From the NCBI RefSeq assembly GCF_000015145.1, contig NC_008818.1, forward strand, positions 420,001-452,000: a DNA stretch of 32,000 bases, given 5' to 3'. The position numbers and the translations under genes were made by a program. Numbering within the stretch: the stretch's first letter is position 1; each line of letters begins with the position of its first letter. Positions 16,061 through 24,383 of this stretch are shown here, piece after piece. The notes under the pieces are model-generated. The model saw only the letters and a list, made by a program, of their open reading frames with translations. It had not been told where the DNA came from and made no database searches. The DNA comes from Hyperthermus butylicus DSM 5456 (GTDB lineage Archaea; Thermoproteota; Thermoprotei_A; Sulfolobales; Pyrodictiaceae).

Positions 16061-16224
16061 AGAATATGGTAGACATGCTACACCCTATATTCCTCCCATT
16101 ACCTATTAGTCTTTCTCATCAAAACAAGAACCAGCCATGTAGCTAATTCATGACATTTTGCAGGTTTAGCCGATAGGATGTAGAATCCTAATACGACTGC
16201 TCCTACCCTTCACAACATAACTAT

Positions 16225-17415
16225 GTGGGGCTGCTGGAAGTGGCATATGCTGGTGTTGCTGATTTACCACTACATACGGGGCATGTACCTGCATGGCTAG
16301 CCGCATACATGAAGAAGCTTGCCAGGGCTATAATGGAGGCTGTTGTGGAGTTTTATGGCCCCCGTAGGCTCGTGGAGTATTTTGCTGATCCAGTCTGGTT
16401 TCAAGCTTTCAACAATGCTATAGGCATGGACTGGGATAGTAGTGGTTCGACAACAGTAACTATTGGTATTGTGCGGCAGGTTGTAGAGGAGACCCCCCAC
16501 CTGGGCATCGGCGTTGCCGGTGGTAAAGGTAGGAGGGCGAGAGAAACACCGAAAGATTTAGAGATTATTGGAGAGAGGCTGGGGCTTCCCTCGAGAATTG
16601 TAGAAGAGCTTAAGTATGTGTCAAGGCTCGCTGCTAAGACCGATTCTGCCGTATTACAGGATGGCTATACGCTTTACCACCACTCTGTTATAGTGTCTGA
16701 GGATGGCGCTTGGGTTGTCATACAGCAGGGTATGAATGTCGAGGCTAAGATGGCGCGTCGTTACCACTGGCGTAGCCCACTGCCACGGACGCCAACTCTC
16801 GAACCACACTCTGCTATTGCTTCTCAGCGCCGCGAAGACTTTGTAGTTGATCTAACAAGCAGAAAGAGTCTTGAGGCTCGAAGACTAATAGTTGACTTGG
16901 CTAGCGAGAATCCCTCCAGACTTGCTAGTAGTATACGTGAGGCTTACGCGCTTGCTAAAGGCATTGTGCCATTAACAATGTGGAGCAATGTTAGGGATGA
17001 AGCGCGCAGAGTTATTGAGCAGTACAGACGCTACTATAGGCCTCAGCTAAAACCGCCCAAGAACATAGAGGCTGTGCTTAGGAGAGTCTGGGAGTTGTCT
17101 CCCAGGAGCTTTGAGGAGCTTGTAATGATTGAAGGGGTTGGTCCAGCCACGCTTAGAAGCCTAGCCCTCGTCGCAGAAATCATATATGGTGTCCCAATTA
17201 GCCATCACGACCCGGCATCGTCCCCTATAGATCCGTTCCGCTACGCCTACATAGCTGGAGGTAAGGATGGCGTACCATTTCCCTTCCGTAGAGACTATGC
17301 CGAGAAGGTGCTGGAGTTTCTTGAGGCTGTAATTCGAGAGGCTAGACTCGACGAGAAGTCCAAGCGCCGGGCACTGGCAAGAATACAGAGGCTTGCAAGT
17401 CTACTACCTAAATAG
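16225..17415 (+). CDS. DUF763 family protein (function unknown) with an internal helix-hairpin-helix-like segment
   Basis: 396-aa ORF. The N-terminal ADLPLHTGHVPAWL ... MDWDSSGSTTVT matches what I recall of DUF763. IEGVGPATLRSLALVAEIIYG looks like an HhH motif. GTG start. Confidence 0.6.
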   Translation: MGLLEVAYAGVADLPLHTGHVPAWLAAYMKKLARAIMEAVVEFYGPRRLVEYFADPVWFQAFNNAIGMDWDSSGSTTVTIGIVRQVVEETPHLGIGVAGGKGRRARETPKDLEIIGERLGLPSRIVEELKYVSRLAAKTDSAVLQDGYTLYHHSVIVSEDGAWVVIQQGMNVEAKMARRYHWRSPLPRTPTLEPHSAIASQRREDFVVDLTSRKSLEARRLIVDLASENPSRLASSIREAYALAKGIVPLTMWSNVRDEARRVIEQYRRYYRPQLKPPKNIEAVLRRVWELSPRSFEELVMIEGVGPATLRSLALVAEIIYGVPISHHDPASSPIDPFRYAYIAGGKDGVPFPFRRDYAEKVLEFLEAVIREARLDEKSKRRALARIQRLASLLPK

Positions 17416-17469
17416 AGACATCCCTTGCACCGTCAAGGTCGAGTAAAACCAGGTAAGCGTCTTACCCGC

Positions 17470-17880
17470 CTAGCCTGCTGGCCTCTCGCTACGCTTCTCT
17501 ATCAGTACAGCATTTATGACTCCGTCCTGGCCGGGCCTCGATGTTACCACAGCCTTACCAAGCTCCGTCTCTATGATTGTACCCTTAACTATTATGTTTG
17601 CACGCGCATAGTGCGGGTTTGCTGGTGTCTCAACAACTCTTAGAATGCGAACTTTACGCGCTGTATTAGTCTCCGGATCGATGACATTTGCATACGCAGC
17701 TCTCTTCAGCCTTATCTTATAGTTTCCACCGCGAACCCTTATGTGGACCCTTACGTCGCGGTTATCTAGCCTTGTGAATGTTGGATATCTGCCCATCCAG
17801 TACTTCCTCTTAACCTTCTGGTGCGGACGCTTCTTGCCGCCCGTAGGCTTCTTTAGGTCGTTACCATGGTAAACGCCCAT
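17470..17880 (-). CDS. rps8e: 30S ribosomal protein S8e
   Basis: 136-aa ORF. The sequence is MGVYHGNDLKKPTGGKKRPHQKVKRKYWMGR... Confidence 0.9.
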   Translation of the reverse strand: MGVYHGNDLKKPTGGKKRPHQKVKRKYWMGRYPTFTRLDNRDVRVHIRVRGGNYKIRLKRAAYANVIDPETNTARKVRILRVVETPANPHYARANIIVKGTIIETELGKAVVTSRPGQDGVINAVLIEKRSERPAG

Positions 17881-17925
17881 CTAGCCTTCGCCCCCTAGTG
17901 GTTATTGGCGCAGCTGCCTGGCTGC

Positions 17926-18495
17926 CTATAAGTTCTCTCCGCCGCTGAGCAGCTCGGTATAATGTGGCAGCTCGGTGTATAGGTCCGGGTTGAGCCTGGG
18001 CACGAGAGCCATTAATACAGCTAGGTATGTGAGGTCTGTACGCGTTACTAGACCGCGAGTGAGGTAGCCTATTATGCCTAGCCTCTCCCCGATGTCCCTG
18101 CGGCCTGTGACCCTGGTAGCTATTTCGCCTAGCTCGACTCGCCTTCTAAGCTCGGGGAGCCAGCTGCGCGGTATTGGGAATGCTGGGCTAAACCCTATGC
18201 TTACCCCGCCATTGGAGTCTACAACCACTGCTACTTGCAACTCTAGGGGCTCAACATATTCCACGAGGCCAGCCTCGACTCCTACTCCATAGTCCGCCGA
18301 GAGCCTCTTCTGTGCCTCAAGGGCGCGACTTATCGCACCACGAAGTACCTCGTCCAGTCCAATAGGCTGAACAGGCACTCCACTCTCAACAGCAACACCC
18401 TCAACAACAGCTTCACATAGCAACCTTAGGGCACGGCGGACAGCATTAACTTTCACCGGGTTTGTTGAGCCAACAGCTACTCTGCAAACCCCCAC
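17926..18495 (-). CDS. Inosine/xanthosine triphosphatase (YjjX / DUF84 NTPase family)
   Basis: 189-aa ORF. VAVGSTNPVKVNAVRRAL ... VESGVPVQPIGLDEVLRGAISRA matches the YjjX pattern (GSxNPxK, SGVxxQP, GAxxRA). Confidence 0.8.
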   Translation of the reverse strand: MGVCRVAVGSTNPVKVNAVRRALRLLCEAVVEGVAVESGVPVQPIGLDEVLRGAISRALEAQKRLSADYGVGVEAGLVEYVEPLELQVAVVVDSNGGVSIGFSPAFPIPRSWLPELRRRVELGEIATRVTGRRDIGERLGIIGYLTRGLVTRTDLTYLAVLMALVPRLNPDLYTELPHYTELLSGGENL

Positions 18496-18548
18496 ACTAA
18501 AACACCAGGTTGGAACATGGGGAACTACGGGTAATTATCGCTTCAGCA

Positions 18549-19886
18549 TCACTCCTTCCTTTCTAGCAGCGCATAGAAGAACCCTGTTGTCCCGTGTCGG
18601 TGGGGCCAAGCCCTCATAGTGCCTGGGAGAAGCGGGGATGGATCATATGGGCCGGTAAGGGGCACAATCTCGATACCCTTCACCGTCTCTAGTAACCATT
18701 TTATGTTCTCCTCGCCCTCCTCGGGTAGAACGCTGCAAACCGTATAAAGGAGGAGGCCGCCAGGCTTTAGCAGCTTAACAGCTTCAAGTAGTAAGCGGCG
18801 CTGGAGCCCCACATGCCTTACTATGGCTTCCCTTGTGAGCCTCCACCTGGCCTCGGGATGCTTTGCCAAAGCACCAGTACTAGTGCAAGGTGGGTCAAGG
18901 AGAACTCTATCAACTCTGTCCCTGACATAGCGGGATGCAAAGATCGCATCACTTCTAACTGGGTATATTGAAGGCCACGTGCCAGTGCGCGTTGCCAGCT
19001 CTATTAGCCGCTCAAGCCTATCTATAAAGACGTCTATCGCTACTATCCTCGCTCCGAGCGCTGATAGCTCGGCTAGATGTGTTGTCTTGCCTCCAGGAGC
19101 AGCACACATATCGACTATTAGCTCGCCGGGCTTTGCACCTAGTAGGTAGCCAGCAGCAGCACTAGCCTCGTCCTGCGGCACGACCTTGCCCTCAAGTAGG
19201 GGTTTAAACCGGCTATAGTTGAGGGAGCCCTTGTAGGATACGTGGTATGGTATGCGTGTACTAGGCCACGCATCTACTCCTGCATACTGAAGCTCCTCAA
19301 TAATCTCCTCAACACTGGCCTTTAACCTATTGACGCGAAAGCCTAACGTGGGCCTATCCGTGTTTACAGCTTTTGCAAACTCTTCAACCTCACCGGGAGG
19401 TAACAGCTTCTGAAGCTCCTCTACTAGTATCCGGGGAAGAAGGAGTCGATACTCTAGCTCTTCGAGCTTCGTGGATGGACTCCAGGGCTCCTTCTCTAGG
19501 CTCTTGTAGAGCCTTACTACCAGTTCCCCCATCCCCGGGTACTCTGACTCAATAATCCTCGCAAGGTTTTCTATGAGAGACTCACTAAACACTCTGTCGC
19601 CCACCGTATCGAATTGGGAGACCATGACTGCTAGTCGTAGAGCCTGCATGACTGGTGTGGGATAGTCAATTCTGCCTATGCGTTCAGCTATTATCTTATC
19701 CACGATGCCGAGTAGCCTAAACATCCTATAGGTTATCGCTGTAAATACACGGTCGTACTTTGTGCCCAGTATGTGGTAGCGTGCAAAAACCCTCCTCTTT
19801 GCAGCTTGAAATGGCTTAATCCTGTCGCCAAGCACTAGGGCTTCAAGATAGGCTCTCGCTATCCTCACCGTAACCCTTAGCGGCAT
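18549..19886 (-). CDS. NOL1/NOP2/Sun-family RNA cytosine-C5 methyltransferase
   Basis: 445-aa ORF with the SAM site DMCAAPGGKTTHLAE, catalytic motifs LLDPPCTSTGAL and YTVCS, and a NusB-like N-terminal domain. Confidence 0.88.
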   Translation of the reverse strand: MPLRVTVRIARAYLEALVLGDRIKPFQAAKRRVFARYHILGTKYDRVFTAITYRMFRLLGIVDKIIAERIGRIDYPTPVMQALRLAVMVSQFDTVGDRVFSESLIENLARIIESEYPGMGELVVRLYKSLEKEPWSPSTKLEELEYRLLLPRILVEELQKLLPPGEVEEFAKAVNTDRPTLGFRVNRLKASVEEIIEELQYAGVDAWPSTRIPYHVSYKGSLNYSRFKPLLEGKVVPQDEASAAAGYLLGAKPGELIVDMCAAPGGKTTHLAELSALGARIVAIDVFIDRLERLIELATRTGTWPSIYPVRSDAIFASRYVRDRVDRVLLDPPCTSTGALAKHPEARWRLTREAIVRHVGLQRRLLLEAVKLLKPGGLLLYTVCSVLPEEGEENIKWLLETVKGIEIVPLTGPYDPSPLLPGTMRAWPHRHGTTGFFYALLERKE

Positions 19887-19892
19887 CCCAAG

Positions 19893-20802
19893 CTAGCCCC
19901 TTAATACTTCTTCCAGCCCTTTAACAGCAAGGTATACCGCCATGTTATAGGGAGTGTAGAGCCCCCGGACAACAGCCTCGCGGATAATATAGCCATTTAT
20001 GTAGTCTACCTCGGTCGCAACTCTAGCCTCTATATCCTGTAACATTTTAGGTCTACAACCCCGCACAGATACGAGTTCCTTTGCAGCTTCAACTGGTCTT
20101 CGTAGAAGTTGTATGCCAAGCTTCTCAGCTACAAGCTCAACCTCGCCTGCAAGGGACTCCACTAGCTGCATAGCATAGCTAGACCTAGCGAGCCTTGATA
20201 CTGCAACCACCTAGTAAGGCTGATACAGGCTGCACCGAGGCTGCCACTGACAACGCATCCCAGGCAACTGATCCGATTTTCTCGGAGCCATAAAGCCTAG
20301 CATCTAGCCTGTATACCTTTGCGATGTCCATCACAACACGACCTGCATCGTTAAGCCCTGCAAAGACTGCAAATCCGTTACCACTCCATTCAACTGTTGA
20401 ACTAGTTATCTTCCACACACAAGTGCCGAGGTGTAGAAACCCCGCAATAGGAAATCCAGCACTCTCTGCCTCCTCGAGAGCCAAGGGTGAAGGTTGCAGC
20501 AAAACGATTCCAAGAGCATCGCTTGAAAGAAGCTGGCTAGCCACTTTCAGCCCTTCCCGGAGCCCATTAAGGCGAAATGCCAGGAATGCTAGCTTATACT
20601 GTGGCTGAGCGAGACTGACATGCGCTGCTGAAACCCTTGCATAGGCCTCGCCATGTCCAACAACTCTAATACCATTAGCTGCTATTGCAGCAACCGCCTC
20701 ATCGTGGCTACAGAAGAGGATGGGCTTGTAGCCGGAGGCTGCTAGCCCAGCTGCAAGGAATAATCCCGTACTACCACATCCCACCACGGCGATTTGAATC
20801 AA
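19893..20802 (-). pseudogene. panE: 2-dehydropantoate 2-reductase (ketopantoate reductase, PanE/ApbA family) interrupted by a frameshift
   Basis: The N-terminal ORF (TTG 20802 to stop at 20185) has the Rossmann motif IAVVGCGSTG. The C-terminal ORF (20210-19893) has MLQDIEARVATEVDYINGYIIREA, the KPR C-terminal signature. The ORFs are in different frames and overlap by 26 nt; together they give about 310 aa, a normal KPR length. Confidence 0.7.
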
Positions 20803-20929
20803 TGCAGGCCAACACCCTATGCTGGGATCTTGAGCCTCCCCGCTTATACGCTGGACTACACTGCAATACCATGTGTATAGGAGTAATAATAGGAGCACCC
20901 CGCCACCCCCCTAGCTAGGGATCCATGCT

Positions 20930-21280
20930 TTGAGAAGGTTGGGCACCGTGCTACATACAACACCGAACGGATACATAGTGGTGAAGCTAGAGGAACAGCA
21001 GCCACCGCCACTCAATGTTAGGGTGTATGACAGGGATCTAAGGCCCATAGGCGTGCTACTCGACATCATAGGCCCTGTAAAGGAGCCCTATGCCGTGGTT
21101 AAGCCCGCGAGTAGGGAGATCAAGCTGGCTAGTGGCGAAGTGGTATACTATAAGCCGCCTAGGCCACAGAAGAGAGGCAGGAGGCCGCGCAAAACGAGAA
21201 CTCCAAGACAACACCGTGGTAGACAGGCTGGCCGGAGGGGTGGCGGGGGTGGTAGGGGGAGGGGAGGTAGGAGGAGATGA
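20930..21280 (+). CDS. gar1: H/ACA RNP component Gar1 with a C-terminal Arg/Gly-rich tail
   Basis: TTG start. MRRLGTVLHTTPNGYIVVK ... IGVLLDIIGPVKEPYAVVKP matches archaeal Gar1 (M.RLG.vlH ... FGPV..PY..vKP). The last ~40 aa are RPQKRGRRPRKTRTPRQHRGRQAGRRGGGGGRGRGGRRR. Confidence 0.85.
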   Translation: MRRLGTVLHTTPNGYIVVKLEEQQPPPLNVRVYDRDLRPIGVLLDIIGPVKEPYAVVKPASREIKLASGEVVYYKPPRPQKRGRRPRKTRTPRQHRGRQAGRRGGGGGRGRGGRRR

Positions 21281-22170
21281 GTATACCTCTACCCAAGGGT
21301 CTGGAATATTGTCCCGTGTGTAAGGCGCCCCTAAAGCTCTACGCTAAACGTGATGGGAGTAAGCTAGTCTGCACCAACTGTGGCTACGTGATAGACGATG
21401 CACCACTAGACACTGGACCCGAGTGGAGGAGCTATACTGAAGAGGATAGGCTGCTTAGGAGCAGGGTTGGCGCACCTTTAACCGAGCGGGTACACGATAA
21501 AGGCTTGACAACATATGTCCAGCGGAACCGCCGAGACCCACGTGCAATGAAGATTGTGCAGCTACAAACACAGCTTAGAACCCACGGCCAAAAGAAGATG
21601 ATTAAGCTCCTGCAGGACCTCAATCACTTTGTCGCAAAGCTTAATCTCCCACCACGCGTCGCCGAGACCATGGCTAAGCTCGTGAAGAAGCTATACCTTA
21701 TGGGCGTTATCAAGAAGAATAATGAGCATGTCTACCTTGCAGCTGCAGCAGTCATAGCTTCAAGGATAGAGGGGCACTCACTAACAATGCGCGATGTTGC
21801 CGAGACTCTCGGACTGAGCAGGCAGGAGATTTGGAAGGCTTACAGGAAGATAGTGACAAAGCTCAAGGTGAGAGTTGCAACTCCACCCAGACCACAAATG
21901 TACGTATCAAAGATAGCGTCAAAGCTCAAGCTTTCTGGCGAGGTTGAGGCATTAGCTACCCGATTCACAATAATGCTAACCAAGACCGGTATTGCGCAGG
22001 GCAAGCCGCCGGAAGCTCTGGCAGCTGCAGCCGTCTACGTGGCATCCATACTACTCGACGAGAAAAGGAACCAGCAGAGAGTCGCACAAGCAATAGGAGT
22101 TACGGATGCAACAATAAGGAACAGGTATAGAGATATCGTAGACAACTTCTACATTGAGGTTAGGCTTTAG
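21277..22170 (+). CDS. tfb: Transcription initiation factor TFB (TFIIB homologue)
   Basis: 297-aa ORF with the zinc ribbon CPVCKAP...CTNCGYV, the B-finger/linker GPEWRSY, and two cyclin-like repeats. Its ATG overlaps the Gar1 stop (ATGA). Confidence 0.95.
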   Translation: MSIPLPKGLEYCPVCKAPLKLYAKRDGSKLVCTNCGYVIDDAPLDTGPEWRSYTEEDRLLRSRVGAPLTERVHDKGLTTYVQRNRRDPRAMKIVQLQTQLRTHGQKKMIKLLQDLNHFVAKLNLPPRVAETMAKLVKKLYLMGVIKKNNEHVYLAAAAVIASRIEGHSLTMRDVAETLGLSRQEIWKAYRKIVTKLKVRVATPPRPQMYVSKIASKLKLSGEVEALATRFTIMLTKTGIAQGKPPEALAAAAVYVASILLDEKRNQQRVAQAIGVTDATIRNRYRDIVDNFYIEVRL

Positions 22171-22290
22171 CTAGACTTCTTTCTCCCTTTCTTCCAAACC
22201 TGTCTAGCCACCACCACATATTTCATACTGGCTGCCCACTTTACCGCCTTCAACGGTTTACGGTAGTGTGAACCCGCAAATCTATGCCGG

Positions 22291-22301
22291 ATAAAAATAT
22301 A
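22291..22301 (+). promoter_or_regulatory. Strong TATA-like element (ataaaaatata) about 110 nt upstream of the TFE-beta-like gene
   Basis: This is the best TATA match in the 239-nt TFB/TFE-beta spacer. It is followed by palindromes at 22343-22356 and 22372-22383. Confidence 0.4.
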
Positions 22302-22409
22302 GGGGCTCCAAACCCTATTATTACAGTTCGGTGGCTACAGCTACTGTATGTACAGTCGCCGCCTACAGAACAAAGCTAGCTTTAGCGTAGGGGAAGGGGA
22401 GGCCAGGCC

Positions 22410-22844
22410 TTGAGTACGGCAATAGAGCCCTCGATAGAGGATGTTGGATACCGTGGTCTTGACGAGCTTGAAGCGCGTGCCCTCGAGATCATAAAGTCTA
22501 GAGGCAATGAAGGCATCTACCAACATGAGCTGTGGAAAGCATTAGGCCTTGATAGTCGTGAAGGGTCAAGGCTGACATTGAGGCTCCTAAAGAAGGGACT
22601 TATTGTGCGCGAACCTGCCGTGCATAGAGGTAGAAGGACTTACAAGTTATACCTGGCTAAGCAGGTTAAGCAGCAGGTTCGGCTAGAGGTGAGGATAGGT
22701 AATGCTCTGGAAATACCATGCTTTACCTGTAAGAACCTTGAAAAATGCCATAGTGGCGGCTTCTTCGACCCGATAAACTGCCCTATGTTTGGTGCCTGGC
22801 TCAACACTAAGATTAGGATGTTGAGGAGGGCGATGCAGAGCTAA
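22410..22844 (+). CDS. tfeB: TFE beta subunit / RPC34 (hRPC39)-like protein: winged helix plus a C-terminal 4-Cys domain
   Basis: 144-aa ORF. The N-terminal wHTH pattern is ALEIIKSRGNEGIYQHELWKALGLDSREGSRLTLRLLKKGLIVRE. The C-terminal CFTCKNLEKCHSGGFFDPINCP has four Cys, matching the architecture described for crenarchaeal TFE-beta. The TTG start is preceded by GGGGAGG. Confidence 0.6.
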   Translation: MSTAIEPSIEDVGYRGLDELEARALEIIKSRGNEGIYQHELWKALGLDSREGSRLTLRLLKKGLIVREPAVHRGRRTYKLYLAKQVKQQVRLEVRIGNALEIPCFTCKNLEKCHSGGFFDPINCPMFGAWLNTKIRMLRRAMQS

Positions 22845-24031
22845 CGCCTAGTTTCTAGGAGCATCTTTACCACAGCCCAGTGGGGTGCATTAGTTTTAAA
22901 GCCGCGTGGATCGAAATGCGTTCTGGTTGCATTGTAGCCTCGGTTACGGAGTTCCTCGACTACTGTGTTCATCTTAGGCATGTTCATGCGTAGTATACTG
23001 CATAGCTTGTCGAGCCTATAATAGGGCTTTACTATGTCACACTCCTTGAGGAGTTGTTCTAGAAGTTTTACAACCCTATCAGGTTCTGCTAGTATGTCCC
23101 ACATCTTCTCAGCTTCTCTCAACATCTCCTCTATGAATGACTCGTCGCAGAGCTTCCCGATATATAGTGGGCCTACTATGCCTAACTGTGCTTGGCAGTA
23201 GGGGCAGCGTTCTAACGGATTGCTAGCTAGGCTAGTGTAGCCACAGCTGTAGCAATATGCACCGTAGCCTAGCTGTTCCAGTGACTTATCTGCCCGGCCT
23301 GCCCCCCGCCATAGCTCGGCATAGATTCGGACATAGTAGTCTACATAGTAGGCTAGAAGTATGCGGACACCATACTCGTGTGCTGCTGCGCGCCTTATAA
23401 TGTAGCCTGCTAGTATACGTACTGCCTGCTCTTTTTCCCATGCAAGTCTTCCAGGCCTTACATCATAGCGTCGGCGTAGAGCTCTAGGATGCGTTCCAGA
23501 GAGGGGGGCTGTATCTGTCGCTGTTACAGCGAGTACGCCTCGGGGTCTTAGGGCTTGTATAGCAGTGTCTAGGAATGGCGCGGGACTACCGAAAGGATCT
23601 ATATCTATTATCGTTGGCTTCACCCCCATCCTCGGAAGCCGCGCCATAAACTCGTTTGCATCCGCCTTTTCCACACGAACTCTCTCGGAGACCTTATTCC
23701 GCTCAGCATTAACTCTCGAGAGGTATACGGCGTCGGAATCTATGTCTGAGGCAAACACTATTGCCCCAGCCTCAACAGCATAGCGTACCGCCCTAACACC
23801 ACTACCAGCAAGTGGCTCTACAACAACGAGCTTATCGAGTCCACGTAGCCTAGCATATGTACGCGCAAACACCACCGCTATGTCACGATTGAACGCCATC
23901 CTCGGATTATAGAAGACTGGCGCCCACGCAGGCTCGTAGACACCATTGGGTCTACGATAGACATCCATGTCAGGTACAACGATTTCCACGCCGCCTTCAC
24001 GTACGACTCTCACTGGGAATCCTACATCCAT
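22841..24031 (-). CDS. trm1: tRNA (guanine26-N2)-dimethyltransferase Trm1
   Basis: FYNPRMAFNRDIAV, LAGSGVRAVRYA, IDIDPFGSP and a C-terminal Cys cluster (CYSCGY ... CPYCQ). I chose the ATG at 24031 (MDVGFPVRVV). The track's 24106 start would cover the TATA-like element of the adjacent tRNA-Thr. Confidence 0.9.
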   Translation of the reverse strand: MDVGFPVRVVREGGVEIVVPDMDVYRRPNGVYEPAWAPVFYNPRMAFNRDIAVVFARTYARLRGLDKLVVVEPLAGSGVRAVRYAVEAGAIVFASDIDSDAVYLSRVNAERNKVSERVRVEKADANEFMARLPRMGVKPTIIDIDPFGSPAPFLDTAIQALRPRGVLAVTATDTAPLSGTHPRALRRRYDVRPGRLAWEKEQAVRILAGYIIRRAAAHEYGVRILLAYYVDYYVRIYAELWRGAGRADKSLEQLGYGAYCYSCGYTSLASNPLERCPYCQAQLGIVGPLYIGKLCDESFIEEMLREAEKMWDILAEPDRVVKLLEQLLKECDIVKPYYRLDKLCSILRMNMPKMNTVVEELRNRGYNATRTHFDPRGFKTNAPHWAVVKMLLETRR

Positions 24032-24090
24032 ACCAGCTATACCCCTAACATCCCTGGCAGAGGTGGGGGTGCAAAAACAATGAAACCGTA

Positions 24091-24100
24091 AAGAATATAC
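24091..24100 (+). promoter_or_regulatory. TATA-like element (aagaatatac) upstream of tRNA-Thr
   Basis: It is centred about 39 nt upstream of the mature tRNA 5' end, which implies a short leader. Confidence 0.35.
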
Positions 24101-24134
24101 CCACACACCATTAGATGCACAGCCTACACTGGAA

Positions 24135-24211
24135 GCCGCCGTAGCTCAGCCTGGCGGAGCGCCGCCCTGGTAAGGCGGAGGTCCCGGGTTCAAATCCCGG
24201 CGGCGGCTCCA
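24135..24211 (+). tRNA. tRNA-Thr (anticodon GGU), CCA encoded
   Basis: Hand-folded cloverleaf: acceptor gccgccg/cggcggc, D arm gctc-agcctggcg-gagc, anticodon arm ccgcc-ctGGTaa-ggcgg, variable loop aggtc, T arm ccggg-ttcaaat-cccgg, discriminator U, then CCA. Total 77 nt. Confidence 0.93.
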
Positions 24212-24383
24212 CCTGCGGGCCTTCCCTTCTCCACGATCCACGGCCATATATTAGGCAGGAAGCTCTTATACCATGCAATAATTGCAATGTTCTACTTCTG
24301 GTACACCTTCATCGCTGCTCTTACACATGCTTGGTACATTCTCTGCAGGGCAGCTGTCTGGACATCTTCTCGTTCTCCTCGCA

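Noticed and set aside
16061-16224. Possible C/D box sRNA in the AT-rich spacer (minus-strand ttgatgag, forward 16115-16121)
   Set aside because: A C-box-like UGAUGA is present, but there is no CUGA D box, no D'/C' pair at appropriate spacing and no terminal complementarity.
20803-20898. Upstream extension of the panE N-terminal ORF (MLLLLLLYTWYCSVVQ...)
   Set aside because: It would cover the divergent Gar1 promoter region and adds non-conserved sequence ahead of the Rossmann GxGxxG. The TTG at 20802 gives MIQIAVVGCGSTG.
21090-21623. ORFs at 21090-21323 (+) and 21432-21623 (-)
   Set aside because: The first is an alternative frame of the Gar1 RG-tail and TFB start, and the second is antisense to TFB. 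Neither has supporting features.
22331-22370. Possible H/ACA guide RNA (hairpin followed by ACA) in the TFB/TFE-beta spacer
   Set aside because: The hairpin is too small: a 5-6-bp upper stem with a 2-4-nt loop. The internal loop is strongly asymmetric (7 nt against 1 nt), there is no K-turn or K-loop, and ACA occurs trivially within the ctacag repeats.
24032-24106. Upstream 25 codons of the Trm1 track ORF
   Set aside because: The extension (MWVYSLRFHCFCTPTSARDVRGIAG) is not Trm1-like and would overlap the TATA-like element of tRNA-Thr. The ATG at 24031 begins the conserved region.
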